From Patescibacteria group bacterium (lineage in GTDB: Bacteria > Patescibacteriota > Patescibacteriia > Magasanikbacterales > GWA2-37-8): a stretch of DNA of 64,000 nucleotides. The notes beneath the pieces are model-generated. The model did not search any database. It had not been told where the DNA came from and saw only the letters and a program-made list of their open reading frames with translations. The stretch spans positions 407,296 to 471,295 of the forward strand of contig JAKLGL010000001.1 in NCBI GenBank assembly GCA_022710645.1, read 5' to 3'. Below, one piece after another: positions 7,420-16,911 of the stretch (the stretch's first letter is position 1; each line of letters begins with the position of its first letter). A program made the translations under genes and the position numbers.

Positions 7420-7845
7420 ATGATGTCTTTTGGACAAATCGGTCTTAGTCGCGGCGTATTATTGCTTTTTGCTTCAGAATCTTTAGTTCAAAAGAAGGAT
7501 GCCTATGTGGATGTCTGTCAAAACGGAAAAACCGTTGGCAAGATTCTCGCCAAAGTCACACCATTGTACGATCGCACGAACGAACATTTCATCAAGTTCG
7601 AAGGTGTGTCCGCATTCCGCGATTGCGGTGCTTACTGGGAGCTTCATCTTGAAAACGACATCATCGTCCGTGCTACTGGTGAAAAAGCCAGTACGTCCGG
7701 CGAGCCTGCTATGTTGTTGGTATTTATCGAGAGTGGACAAATGCTCTGCAAAGTCACAGCTAAAGTTACAGCAGAGCGTGGTCCTACCGGTGAATATTTT
7801 CCGATTGCCAATCTCGCAGTCGAACAGGTCCATCAGGAAAAATAA
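7420..7845 (+). CDS. Hypothetical protein with an internal duplication, GC-rich (foreign-looking) gene
   Basis: AAGGAGG RBS 7 nt upstream of ATGATG at 7420; the ORF-track start at 7372 is unlikely. GC is well above that of neighbours. Two KVT-containing half-repeats (GKILAKVTPLYDRTNEHFIKFEGV / GQMLCKVTAKVTAERGPTGEYFPIANLAV). It is followed by a strong terminator. Confidence 0.7.
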   Translation: MMSFGQIGLSRGVLLLFASESLVQKKDAYVDVCQNGKTVGKILAKVTPLYDRTNEHFIKFEGVSAFRDCGAYWELHLENDIIVRATGEKASTSGEPAMLLVFIESGQMLCKVTAKVTAERGPTGEYFPIANLAVEQVHQEK

Positions 7846-7858
7846 TTTCGTTCCTTTC

Positions 7859-7888
7859 AAACAGTCGCATCCGCGACTGTTTTTTTAT
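7859..7888 (+). terminator. Rho-independent terminator
   Basis: acagtcgc-atcc-gcgactgt followed by tttttttat. Confidence 0.75.
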
Positions 7889-8137
7889 TTTGTAAAATAA
7901 TTTTAATCTAAAATCTTAAATCAAAAATCTAAAATCGCTTCGCTTTAACGAAGAGTACCCTGTGCATAACTCTCTTGCAACTATTTCATTATTTTGCAAA
8001 AGCATTTATAATAAAGATAGGTCGAGTTTTTTATAACATGCTTGTCTATAAAAAATTACAAAACATTTTTTCTTGCGATCGCAAGATGAAAAAATATTTC
8101 ATACATAATCTCAAAAAAGAAAGGGGGTGCGCACAAT

Positions 8138-8245
8138 ATGAAAAAGAAAGCTACAAAAAAAATCGTGAAAAAAGCTAAAAAAGTAGTTAAGAAAGTAAAA
8201 AAAGTTGCTAAAAAGAAAGTTGCTAAAAAAGGCAAAAAGAAATAG
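8138..8245 (+). CDS. Lysine-rich 35-aa micro-protein (MKKKATKKIVKKAKKVVKKVKKVAKKKVAKKGKKK), not in the ORF track
   Basis: GGGGGTG RBS 9 nt upstream. It is a clean ORF of near-tandem KKV/KKA units, followed by a terminator hairpin (acacttcgc-tttaat-gcgaggtgt then a T-run) at about 8262-8300. Confidence 0.5.
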   Translation: MKKKATKKIVKKAKKVVKKVKKVAKKKVAKKGKKK

Positions 8246-8366
8246 TCTTTTCCTCACACTAAAAACACTTCGCTTTAATGCGAGGTGTTTTTATTTTTTA
8301 TTCTTTACTAATTTTCAATCCGTGCTACAATAAAAGAGAGGATTTTAATTTATTAAATAAAATTTT

Positions 8367-9554
8367 ATGAATAAAAAAATTTTTATTTGGCTAATTGCCG
8401 CGTTTATCGGTGCCGGACTCTTCGCCGGTTATGTATTAGCGACAGAAGAAGATGGTTTTGAGGACGGAGCTTTGGTAAAAATTAAAAATCAAAAAACTAT
8501 TTATCTCATTGAAGAAGGTTTGAAGAGACCGTTTTTGAACCCTGAGGCTTTCAAGGCTTACGGATATTCTTGGTATGAAGTAGAAACTGTAACCGAAGAA
8601 GAAATCGCCGACTTTGAAACAGGCCCTTATATCAAAACACCGACGATTTTGATAAAAGCCAATAAACTTTTCATTCGCAAATGGCCGACTCGTTTCAGTA
8701 AAATTTTGGCAACCGCTCAAAAAGATGAAACTTATGAACTGATAGACAACAACGGATCTTGGTATAAAATAAAAGGCGGAGAAAAAATAACCGGTTGGAT
8801 TTCCGCTCGCTACGCTATAATCTTGGATGAAGAAATGGATGAATTTGTAGCCACCAAAGAAGAGGCAAAAAAAGAAGAATTAAAAACGGAAACAACCAAA
8901 ACAGAAGAGACAAAAACAGAAATAAAAAATGAAACTCCGACAGCGACAGAAACTGCTCCGACAAAATCTTTGACTTTAACATATCTTGGCAACGGAAAAT
9001 TCTCTTGGAAAAAAGTAGGAACTTTTTCGCAAGGATATAAATTAGTTTGGTCCAAAACCGCCAATCCAACCTACCCCCTTCGCGATAGCGATAAATATGC
9101 TTTTTATTCCGAACCGGAAACATCTGTCGGATACGTTAATGCTTTTGCCGGTGAAGGAAAATATTATGTCAGAGTTTGCGAATACTTGGGAGGTAAATGC
9201 GGAATTTACAGTAATCAAGTAACCATAACCTTGCTTGGAGATACAGAAAAAGCAGTGGAAAAAGAAACAGCTCAAGCTGTAACTTCAATAACTTTGATTT
9301 CTTTGGGTGACGGAAAACTTTCTTGGAAAGTAAACGGTTATTCCAAAAACGGTTTCAAAGTTGTCTGGTCGCAAAATTCTATGCCTACATATCCGACTCG
9401 TGACGGTGATCAGTACCATTATTATTCCGAGCCGACCAAAACTTCAGACATTGTTGACAACTTTAGCGGTGAAGGAAAATATTATGTCAGAGTTTGCGAA
9501 TACTTGGGAGGAAAATGCGGAATTTATAGCAACCAAATAGAAATAAATTTGTAA
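8367..9554 (+). CDS. Membrane-anchored SH3b-domain protein with two ~106-aa tandem repeats
   Basis: It has an N-terminal TM, a bacterial SH3-like segment (KWPTRFSKILATAQKDETYELIDNNGSWYKIKGGEKITGWISARY) and a TETTKTEETKTE linker. It then has two near-identical repeats ending GEGKYYVRVCEYLGGKCGIYSNQ (DNA repeats about 8986-9240 and 9304-9550). Confidence 0.7.
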   Translation: MNKKIFIWLIAAFIGAGLFAGYVLATEEDGFEDGALVKIKNQKTIYLIEEGLKRPFLNPEAFKAYGYSWYEVETVTEEEIADFETGPYIKTPTILIKANKLFIRKWPTRFSKILATAQKDETYELIDNNGSWYKIKGGEKITGWISARYAIILDEEMDEFVATKEEAKKEELKTETTKTEETKTEIKNETPTATETAPTKSLTLTYLGNGKFSWKKVGTFSQGYKLVWSKTANPTYPLRDSDKYAFYSEPETSVGYVNAFAGEGKYYVRVCEYLGGKCGIYSNQVTITLLGDTEKAVEKETAQAVTSITLISLGDGKLSWKVNGYSKNGFKVVWSQNSMPTYPTRDGDQYHYYSEPTKTSDIVDNFSGEGKYYVRVCEYLGGKCGIYSNQIEINL

Positions 9555-9559
9555 AAATC

Positions 9560-9600
9560 TTTTAAAATAAAAACTGCCGAAACCATTCGGCAGTTTTTAT
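9560..9600. terminator. Bidirectional rho-independent terminator
   Basis: aaaaactgccgaa-acca-ttcggcagttttt sits between convergent genes. Confidence 0.75.
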
Positions 9601-9603
9601 TTT

Positions 9604-9954
9604 TTATTTTTCATCAAACAGTCTTTTAATTTCTCTCTTACTTATTAAATTTTCCAAAATATCTCGTGCAATTTTTTCAGTTAATTTTATTTTTTTACCA
9701 TCTACTACTCCTATTTTTTCTAAATCGTTTTTAAAATTATCAACACCACAATCTTCTTCTCCCGTTTTGGCATAATTTTTTAACCAATCCATCGTCATCA
9801 AATAAGTGGCATGATAGTGTTCTTGAGAATATTTTAAGCCGTCTATTATTTGTTTTTTACTCTGTTCTATCCTTTCTTCTTCTTGGGCTTTTTCTTTCAT
9901 CCGAGAAGCTACATAATCGGGGTTATCTATACCGTAAGATTCTAAGGGGTTCAT
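9604..9954 (-). CDS. Hypothetical protein
   Basis: A 116-aa ORF with convergent-terminator context; no recognisable motif. Confidence 0.5.
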   Translation of the reverse strand: MNPLESYGIDNPDYVASRMKEKAQEEERIEQSKKQIIDGLKYSQEHYHATYLMTMDWLKNYAKTGEEDCGVDNFKNDLEKIGVVDGKKIKLTEKIARDILENLISKREIKRLFDEK

Positions 9955-10018
9955 ATTGTATAAATATAATTTGGATTATATTGTTAAATTAACACAAAAT
10001 AAGATTATTTTCAAATTT

Positions 10019-11527
10019 TCATCTTTCTTCCAGCAAACTTTTTCCTTCCATCAAACCAGGCACTTTCAAACCCATCATTTCTAAGATAGTTGGCGCTACA
10101 TCGCTAAGATTTCCGTTTTTCATTTTTTTATTTTTATCCAAAATAATTACCGGAACCGAACTCAACGTATGTGCCGTATGTTTTTCGTTTTTTTCCACAT
10201 CATAAGTAATTTCCGCATTCCCATGATCCGCGGTTATCAAGATTTGATAACCTTTTTTCAAACCTGCTTCTACTACTTTTTTCAATTGTTCATCAACGGT
10301 TTCTACAGCTTTGATTATTGCTTCATGATTGGCAGTATGTCCAACCATATCGGCATTAGCAAAATTGATAAAAATAAAATTCGTTTCGCTGGCAATTTCT
10401 TCAACCGCTTTTTCCGCAATTTCTTCGGCTTTCATCGCCGGAGCCAAATCATGAGTATTGATATCTTTACGGCTAGGCACCAAAATATGCTTTTCTTTTT
10501 CATACGGTTTTTCCACTCCCCCGTTCAAAAAGTAAGTAGCGTGAGCAAACTTTTCAGTTTCCGCAATATGTGCTTGAGTTAAACCGTTTTGACTAATTTC
10601 TTTAGCTAGTGTAGTTTCGATATTTAATGGCGGAAAAACCACCAACGAATTATTTTCTTTTTCATATTCCGTCATGGTAACAAAACAAATGTTTTTTTCT
10701 TTAGCCACTTCACTGATTTTTTTAGAAAACATTCTGGCTCTATCGGCTCGAAAATTAAAAAATATTATTGCGTCATTTTCAGAAACTTGATAATTTTTTC
10801 CATTATCATCCAAAAATACCACAGGTTCTAGATGTTCATCCACTATTCCTTGTTCATATAAATTTTTTATTATTTCTGAAGGTTGGCGTGTCTGAACTCT
10901 GGTGCCAATACCGCAAAAAATAGCATCTTCAGCTCGTGCCAGACGATCCCAATTATTATCTCTGTCCATAGCATAAAATCTTCCGGTAGCTGTAGCGATA
11001 AAACCGACCCCCACATCATCAATGGTATTTTCCAATTCTTTGAGATAAAACCAGCCCGAAGTAGGCGGAGTGTCTCGTCCATCCATAAACGCGTGAATAG
11101 CGATTTTTTCCACACCTTTTTCTTTGGCAATTTTCAAAATAGCTTTCAAGTGATTGCTATGACTATGAATTCCTCCGGGTGAGAGTAAGCCTTTCAAATG
11201 TAAAACAGAATTATTTTTTTTCACATGATCTAAAGCTTTGAGCAGTGCTTCATTTTGATTCAAATTACCGTTTTCAATCGCTTTATTTATTCGCACCAAA
11301 TCGGTATCAATCACTTTTCCCGCTCCGATAGTCATGTGCCCTACTTCACTATTCCCCATTTGTCCTTCAGGCAATCCCACGGCCAAACCGCTGGCTTGAA
11401 GCAAAGAATGCGGATAATTTTCCCACAAATAATCAAAAAACTGGGTTTTGGCTTCCGCAATAGCGTTATGTTCTTTTTCTTTTCTATAACCCCAGCCGTC
11501 AAGAATTATCAAAATAGCTTTTTTCAT
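10019..11527 (-). CDS. gpmI: 2,3-bisphosphoglycerate-independent phosphoglycerate mutase
   Basis: N-terminal ILIILDGWGYR, the SEVGHMTIGAG motif and the length fit the iPGM family. Confidence 0.9.
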   Translation of the reverse strand: MKKAILIILDGWGYRKEKEHNAIAEAKTQFFDYLWENYPHSLLQASGLAVGLPEGQMGNSEVGHMTIGAGKVIDTDLVRINKAIENGNLNQNEALLKALDHVKKNNSVLHLKGLLSPGGIHSHSNHLKAILKIAKEKGVEKIAIHAFMDGRDTPPTSGWFYLKELENTIDDVGVGFIATATGRFYAMDRDNNWDRLARAEDAIFCGIGTRVQTRQPSEIIKNLYEQGIVDEHLEPVVFLDDNGKNYQVSENDAIIFFNFRADRARMFSKKISEVAKEKNICFVTMTEYEKENNSLVVFPPLNIETTLAKEISQNGLTQAHIAETEKFAHATYFLNGGVEKPYEKEKHILVPSRKDINTHDLAPAMKAEEIAEKAVEEIASETNFIFINFANADMVGHTANHEAIIKAVETVDEQLKKVVEAGLKKGYQILITADHGNAEITYDVEKNEKHTAHTLSSVPVIILDKNKKMKNGNLSDVAPTILEMMGLKVPGLMEGKSLLEER

Positions 11528-11535
11528 AATCGTTT

Positions 11536-13575
11536 TTATAGATCATCCAAGTCTCTCAAAAAACTTCCCGGTTTAATCTTTGGTGTTTTTTCATAATAAG
11601 CGCTTTCCTCGGGCTCATAAGTTATACCACTCAAACTATCATTGAAAACTGTGGGGTTGGCAGATACCAAAGATTTATCATTGAGCAAATCATTATCTAT
11701 TTCACTCAAAAACATACTTGGCCCGGAAAGTGAATCTCCCCACCCCCCGCCGACCATCGGATAAGTCAAAAATAATTTTTTCTTGGCACGAGTAATGGCA
11801 ACATAAAATAATCTACGTTCTTCTTCCAAACCCTCGGTCTCGCTAAGCGACCTGTCGCTCGGGAATGCGCCACTGCTCAAATTGATAATAAATACATTTT
11901 CCCACTCCAGACCCTTGGCTTGATGTACGGTGGATAAAACTATTTTATCTTTTATCTCTTCTTTTTGATTATCTATATTTTTTACGGTAAAACCTTCTTG
12001 CAAGGCCGCTTCTGCCAAAAAATCTTCCAGTTTTTCATATTTCTCCGCAAAAGTGACAAGTTGTTTAATATCTGCTTTTCTGTCTTTATAATCCAAATAT
12101 TCGTTTTCCAAATAATCTTTATAAGCCGAATCCAAAATTTTCAGAAGCATTTGACTTGGCGTTCGATCGCTCGTCAGCATCTCATCCCAAATTTTTAAGA
12201 AATTTTCAAAACCATTTTGCGCTTTTCCACCTAAATTATTTTTTATATTTGGTAATTCCTCTATATTTTGCAGACTGTTTATAAGTTCCAAAATTTTTTC
12301 AACCGCCGCCGGACCGATCCCCTCTTCGTGAAGTAAAACTCGATTCCAAGCCGCAACATCGCTCAAATTATTGGCGATACGTAAATAACTCAACACATCT
12401 TTGATGTGCGCGCGTTCAAAAAATCTCATTCCTCCTCGATAATCATATGGTATCCCGGCTTTGGTAAGTTCCATTTCCAACATTTGACTATGCGCGCTGG
12501 CGCGAAAAAGCACCGCTATTTCATTTGGCGTCACACCTTTTTCGAGTGACTCAATTATCTTTTCCAAAACAAAACTCGCTTCCATACTTTGATCCATTTG
12601 TGGTCGCAATTCCGGTTTTACTCCACCGGTTTGAACCGGTTTCAAACTTTTTTTATATTGTTTGGTATTGTACGAAATAATATCATTGGCCACATCCAAA
12701 ATTTCTTTGGTACTGCGATAATTTGTTTCCAATTTAAAAATTTTGGCATTTGGATACTGTTTTTCAAAATTTAAAATATTTTCAATATTGGCAGCGCGGA
12801 AAGAATAAATACTTTGAGCATCATCGCCCACCACCAAAACATTTTTATGAACATTTGCCAGTTTTTTGATTATTTCGGCCTGAATTTTATTGGTATCTTG
12901 ATATTCATCAACCATGATATATTGAAATTGCGTAGCAAATTTATTGCACACTTCTTCATTTTGCAACAACAATAACCAATTGGTTAATAAATCATCAAAA
13001 TCCATGGAATTAGCTTCTTTTTTTCGTTTTTCGTATTCATTCCAAACATTTTTTATTTGTTCCACCACAGAAAACCATTGCGGATATTTCATGTCCAAAA
13101 CCTCTTCAATCGTAGTGTCGGCATTTTTGGCAAACGAAATAATTCCTTGCAAAACGTTGGCGGAAGGATTTTTTTTATCAGCGCCGGAAATGAAAATATC
13201 TTTGGCGCAAAGTTTTATCAAACTGCGACTATCTTCGCTATCTAAAACAGAAAACTTTTCCGTGTAACCGACAAGTGTTGCATAGCGTTTCAACGTTTTA
13301 TAAGCAATACTGTGAAATGTTCCCGCCCAAGGTAGAAACTTTTTTCCATTGGTCAATTGTTGGACTCGCTCCATCATTTCTTTCGCCGCTTTATTGGTAA
13401 AAGTAACCAACAATATATTTTCCGGATTTATCCCCTGCTCCAGTAAATAAGCTACGCGATAAGTCACGGTTCTTGTTTTACCACTCCCCGCGCCGGCCAA
13501 TACTAAACAAGGACCGTCACCCATATAGATCACGGCCAGTTGTTCTTGGTTAAGCTCTTTGGAATAATCAATCAT
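11536..13575 (-). CDS. UvrD/PcrA-family ATP-dependent DNA helicase
   Basis: Walker A AGAGSGKTRTVTYRVAYLL, FTNKAAKEM and the length fit the UvrD/PcrA family. Confidence 0.9.
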   Translation of the reverse strand: MIDYSKELNQEQLAVIYMGDGPCLVLAGAGSGKTRTVTYRVAYLLEQGINPENILLVTFTNKAAKEMMERVQQLTNGKKFLPWAGTFHSIAYKTLKRYATLVGYTEKFSVLDSEDSRSLIKLCAKDIFISGADKKNPSANVLQGIISFAKNADTTIEEVLDMKYPQWFSVVEQIKNVWNEYEKRKKEANSMDFDDLLTNWLLLLQNEEVCNKFATQFQYIMVDEYQDTNKIQAEIIKKLANVHKNVLVVGDDAQSIYSFRAANIENILNFEKQYPNAKIFKLETNYRSTKEILDVANDIISYNTKQYKKSLKPVQTGGVKPELRPQMDQSMEASFVLEKIIESLEKGVTPNEIAVLFRASAHSQMLEMELTKAGIPYDYRGGMRFFERAHIKDVLSYLRIANNLSDVAAWNRVLLHEEGIGPAAVEKILELINSLQNIEELPNIKNNLGGKAQNGFENFLKIWDEMLTSDRTPSQMLLKILDSAYKDYLENEYLDYKDRKADIKQLVTFAEKYEKLEDFLAEAALQEGFTVKNIDNQKEEIKDKIVLSTVHQAKGLEWENVFIINLSSGAFPSDRSLSETEGLEEERRLFYVAITRAKKKLFLTYPMVGGGWGDSLSGPSMFLSEIDNDLLNDKSLVSANPTVFNDSLSGITYEPEESAYYEKTPKIKPGSFLRDLDDL

Positions 13576-13578
13576 AAA

Positions 13579-14124
13579 TTAACTTTGCGCAAATTTTTCC
13601 AAAGAATCTGATTGTTTATTTTTTTTAAAATTTTTCGGAACTTTATCTTCTTCTTCGGTTGTTTTTTCACCATCTTCATGATTGTCTTTTAAATAATATT
13701 CATTTAAAGATGAAGCACTTCGCATTCCAACACTTTGTTTTTTAGCAATAAATTGTTGTTTCCAAAGAGTATATTTTTCCGTAGTTATTAAATGTAATTT
13801 CCCGTTTTCCATTTTCAATTCCACTATTCCTTGCTCCACAGCTTCCAAAGCCGGATCATTGTTTATAATATTTTGTTTTCGCAATTCCTTTGTTCTTGTT
13901 TTTATAAAATCATTAACATCGTCATTTTCGGAAATTTGTCCGGAAGTAATCATCTTATTAAGATAATCTTCAAATTCCTCAAATCCGCCAAAACCCTCTA
14001 CTACATACCTAATACTGTCGTTGGCTCTATTCAGAGACTCTTTTTCCTTTTGTTTTTTTTCGTCCATATTATAGAATGCGTCTGTATGAAATTTTTCATT
14101 ATTTTCTGATGACATATATAACAA
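13579..14124 (-). CDS. Hypothetical acidic protein
   Basis: It lies immediately downstream of the helicase on the same strand; charged, no motif. Confidence 0.5.
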   Translation of the reverse strand: MLYMSSENNEKFHTDAFYNMDEKKQKEKESLNRANDSIRYVVEGFGGFEEFEDYLNKMITSGQISENDDVNDFIKTRTKELRKQNIINNDPALEAVEQGIVELKMENGKLHLITTEKYTLWKQQFIAKKQSVGMRSASSLNEYYLKDNHEDGEKTTEEEDKVPKNFKKNKQSDSLEKFAQS

Positions 14125-14190
14125 TTTTAATTTAAAGCTAAACTATAATACCATATCATTGATTTTTTTCGCAAGATATGATAACTTAGT

Positions 14191-14254
14191 CTATAAAGTC
14201 AAAAGTCTTTAAAGTCCATCAAGTCGCGACTTTACAGACTTTATAGATTATTTT
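14191..14254 (+). repeat. Array of concatenated AGTC...GACT palindromes abutting the tgt start codon
   Basis: agtctataaagtc aaa agtctttaaagtcc atca agtcgcgactt tacag actttatagatta ATG. Confidence 0.6.
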
Positions 14255-15409
14255 ATGTTTTTTGAAACACTAAAAAACGACAACCAAACCAAAGCTCGTA
14301 CCGGCATTATTCATACCGACCACGGGGACATTGAAACCCCAGCTTTTATGCCTGTGGGCACTCAAGCAACTGTTAAAACCCTGGATCAACAGGATCTTCT
14401 TGATATTGGCGCGCAAATAATTCTTGGCAATACTTATCATCTACATTTACGTCCGGGCGAAGATCTTATTGCAGGACAAGGCGGTTTACATAAATTCATG
14501 AACTGGAATAAGCCGATTTTAACCGATTCCGGCGGATTTCAGGTTTTTTCACTTGGTTTACAAAAAAAAGAATCCGGTCAAGGCGGATTAACAAAAATCG
14601 ATGAAGATGGAGTGACTTTTCAAAGTCATATTGACGGAAGTTCTCATCGTTTTAACGCAGAAATTGCCATTGATATACAGCACAAACTTGGAGCTGATAT
14701 TATCATGGCGTTTGATGAATGCACCCCAGATACTGCCCCGCATGAATACATAGAAGAAGCTATGGAGCGCACTCATCGTTGGGCTAAGCGATGTCTTACG
14801 GAACACCAAAAAAATACTTCTTATCATGGTTATCGCCAATTTTTATTTGGTATTATTCAAGGCGCCGGAGATGAGGAATTACGTAAAAAATCCGCACAAT
14901 TTATCTCCTCTCTTCCTTTTGACGGTATAGCCATTGGTGGAGAAAGCATCGGCTACAATATGGAAGCTACCAAAAATATTTTGGATTGGGTTGTACCAAT
15001 AATTCCGGAAAATAAACCTCGCTATACTATGGGACTTGGACTTTCTCCTCTGGATTTATTGGAAGCTGTAGAACACGGCGCCGATATGTTTGACTGCGTC
15101 GCTCCAACGCGTCTCGCGCGACATGGAATGCTTTTTGTTTTTGATAAAGAAAAGGAACATCGTCTCAATATCAAAAATGCCAAATTTGAAAATGATCTCT
15201 CCCCTATAGATCCAAAGTGTTCTTGTCCGACTTGTAAAAATTACACCCGTTCATATTTACATCATTTATTTTCTGCCGATGAGATGACCGGCATGCGTTT
15301 GGCAACAATTCACAATTTATACTTTATGTTGAACTTGATGAAAGAAACGCGAGAAGCTATAAATAAAGATGAATTTACAAAATTACTAAATGATTGGAAA
15401 ACGGCTTAA
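14255..15409 (+). CDS. tgt: Queuine tRNA-ribosyltransferase
   Basis: FMPVGT, LGNTYHL and DSGGFQ motifs, plus the zinc site CSCPTCKNY...H. Confidence 0.9.
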   Translation: MFFETLKNDNQTKARTGIIHTDHGDIETPAFMPVGTQATVKTLDQQDLLDIGAQIILGNTYHLHLRPGEDLIAGQGGLHKFMNWNKPILTDSGGFQVFSLGLQKKESGQGGLTKIDEDGVTFQSHIDGSSHRFNAEIAIDIQHKLGADIIMAFDECTPDTAPHEYIEEAMERTHRWAKRCLTEHQKNTSYHGYRQFLFGIIQGAGDEELRKKSAQFISSLPFDGIAIGGESIGYNMEATKNILDWVVPIIPENKPRYTMGLGLSPLDLLEAVEHGADMFDCVAPTRLARHGMLFVFDKEKEHRLNIKNAKFENDLSPIDPKCSCPTCKNYTRSYLHHLFSADEMTGMRLATIHNLYFMLNLMKETREAINKDEFTKLLNDWKTA

Positions 15410-15595
15410 CCAAGCCGTTTTTTCTTTACCCTGTACCGAACTTGTTCTGGCGCAGGGTTTACCCTGAACCGTCCGCCTTTGGCGGACTAGTTTAGGGTGT
15501 TTAGATATATCAACAAACATTGACAAAATCGCTAAAATATGCTATATTTAAACGTTGATCTTTGACAATTAACAACCTCATGAAGGAGAAATATC

Positions 15596-16393
15596 ATGCA
15601 AGAAAAAGTTCAATGGATTGCAATCGGGGTGTTTTTTACCCTACTGGTATCAATGATTGCCATATGGTTATGGCAAAAGATCGTCAAAAAACCTGTTCCG
15701 ACAGTAGTGGAAAAAATCAAAAAAGAAAACGACGAGGGAGAGAAAAAAAGAAAACCAGCTGAACGGGTTTTTAACGCCACTGAAGCAAGGTTGCAAAAGC
15801 AGTTGAGAAACACTATCAGTCTATTCACTACCGACCACAATAAAGACACTGGGTTTGCTTATGAAGCTGATGTTATTCAAAAACTCTTTTCAGCCATTCC
15901 TCTGGCTATCGCCTATTATCTGGAGAAGTTCAAAACTATTCCAGAAGACGAGAATGTCATTCCCATACTCCCGATAATTCCGGAAAATCTCTGGTCACCA
16001 AATCAGGTGATCTCTTCGATTTTTACCAATGGAAAATGCAACTTGACTGCAGGCCAACTGCAAAATTCCACTTCTGTCCCCGAAGAACCGTATTTTTCTT
16101 TTTTTGTCACTGTTCATCCGAAAAATCCGGAAGAGATACTTCAACTATTTGATCGCACTCAATTGAGCGCGACAGCTAATGAGCTGATTTTGACTTCTTA
16201 TTTCAAAGACAGCACATGGAGAGATCGTAGCGTCTTTTTCCTCTCAAACGGCTGTCTGGCTGATGATAAACCCGTCACTTTCATGTGGAACTTCCCAACA
16301 GGAAGTCCTCAACTGGTGAAACTGCCGGAGAAACAGGCAAGAGAGTATTACCTGGTAAGTTGCCGGGAGAGAATCTGCTTTGATAAAAAATAA
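15596..16393 (+). CDS. Membrane-anchored hypothetical protein (GC-elevated)
   Basis: GAAGGAG RBS and an N-terminal TM. GC and codon usage are shifted relative to neighbours. Confidence 0.6.
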   Translation: MQEKVQWIAIGVFFTLLVSMIAIWLWQKIVKKPVPTVVEKIKKENDEGEKKRKPAERVFNATEARLQKQLRNTISLFTTDHNKDTGFAYEADVIQKLFSAIPLAIAYYLEKFKTIPEDENVIPILPIIPENLWSPNQVISSIFTNGKCNLTAGQLQNSTSVPEEPYFSFFVTVHPKNPEEILQLFDRTQLSATANELILTSYFKDSTWRDRSVFFLSNGCLADDKPVTFMWNFPTGSPQLVKLPEKQAREYYLVSCRERICFDKK

Positions 16394-16406
16394 GAAGGAG
16401 TTCAAG

Positions 16407-16823
16407 ATGAAAAAAAGAGAAACGGAAAAGCTATTGAACGACATTACCTTTCTCCTGGGCTTTGCTCTGTTGCTTGGTTGGGTCGTCGGCGGAATAGTGG
16501 TAAGCTTGGATCTCAAAAAAGAATATCTTCTGATAAACTTAATCGGCGCCAGCGTCGGTTGCGGTTTTTTCTTCCTGTTTTTTGCGGTGAAGAACAAGAT
16601 ATTTTTTTGGACTATGACCATTCCGGTGATTGCCTTGTCGCTCTTGACAATACTCTTCTTCAATTCTCCATTTGAAAATGTTTGGGGAAAAGCCTGGAAC
16701 TTTTCTCGATGGTTTTGGCTTACTGGCATCGCCATTCTCATTTCCTATTTTTGGAAAAAAGGAGAGAAGTGGTTAATGATAGACAGCCGAACCGGGGAAC
16801 CTATAAAATTCCCGGAAAAATAA
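16407..16823 (+). CDS. Polytopic small membrane protein (GC-elevated)
   Basis: AAGGAG RBS 7 nt upstream of the ATG at 16407; the ORF-track start at 16380 is unlikely. It has four hydrophobic segments. Confidence 0.6.
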   Translation: MKKRETEKLLNDITFLLGFALLLGWVVGGIVVSLDLKKEYLLINLIGASVGCGFFFLFFAVKNKIFFWTMTIPVIALSLLTILFFNSPFENVWGKAWNFSRWFWLTGIAILISYFWKKGEKWLMIDSRTGEPIKFPEK

Positions 16824-16825
16824 GT

Positions 16826-16868
16826 TCTTTCAATCACCCGCCCTGTAACAGGGGCGGGTTTTTTATTT
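16826..16868 (+). terminator. Strong rho-independent terminator
   Basis: cacccgccctg-taaca-ggggcgggtttttt. Confidence 0.85.
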
Positions 16869-16911
16869 TGTATTTGCCTTTATCACCTTTTTCCACTAAA
16901 ATACTTTTATT

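Noticed and set aside
7483-7900. Overlapping ORFs 7483..7860(-) and 7499..7900(+)
   Set aside because: They are alternative frames within the GC-rich 7420..7845 gene. Only the latter has an RBS and terminator, and it encodes a non-repetitive protein.
7975-8178. 67-aa ORF MQLFHYFAKAFIIKIG...
   Set aside because: No RBS and AT-rich intergenic character. The real coding signal in this interval is the downstream, differently framed lysine-rich micro-ORF at 8138-8245.
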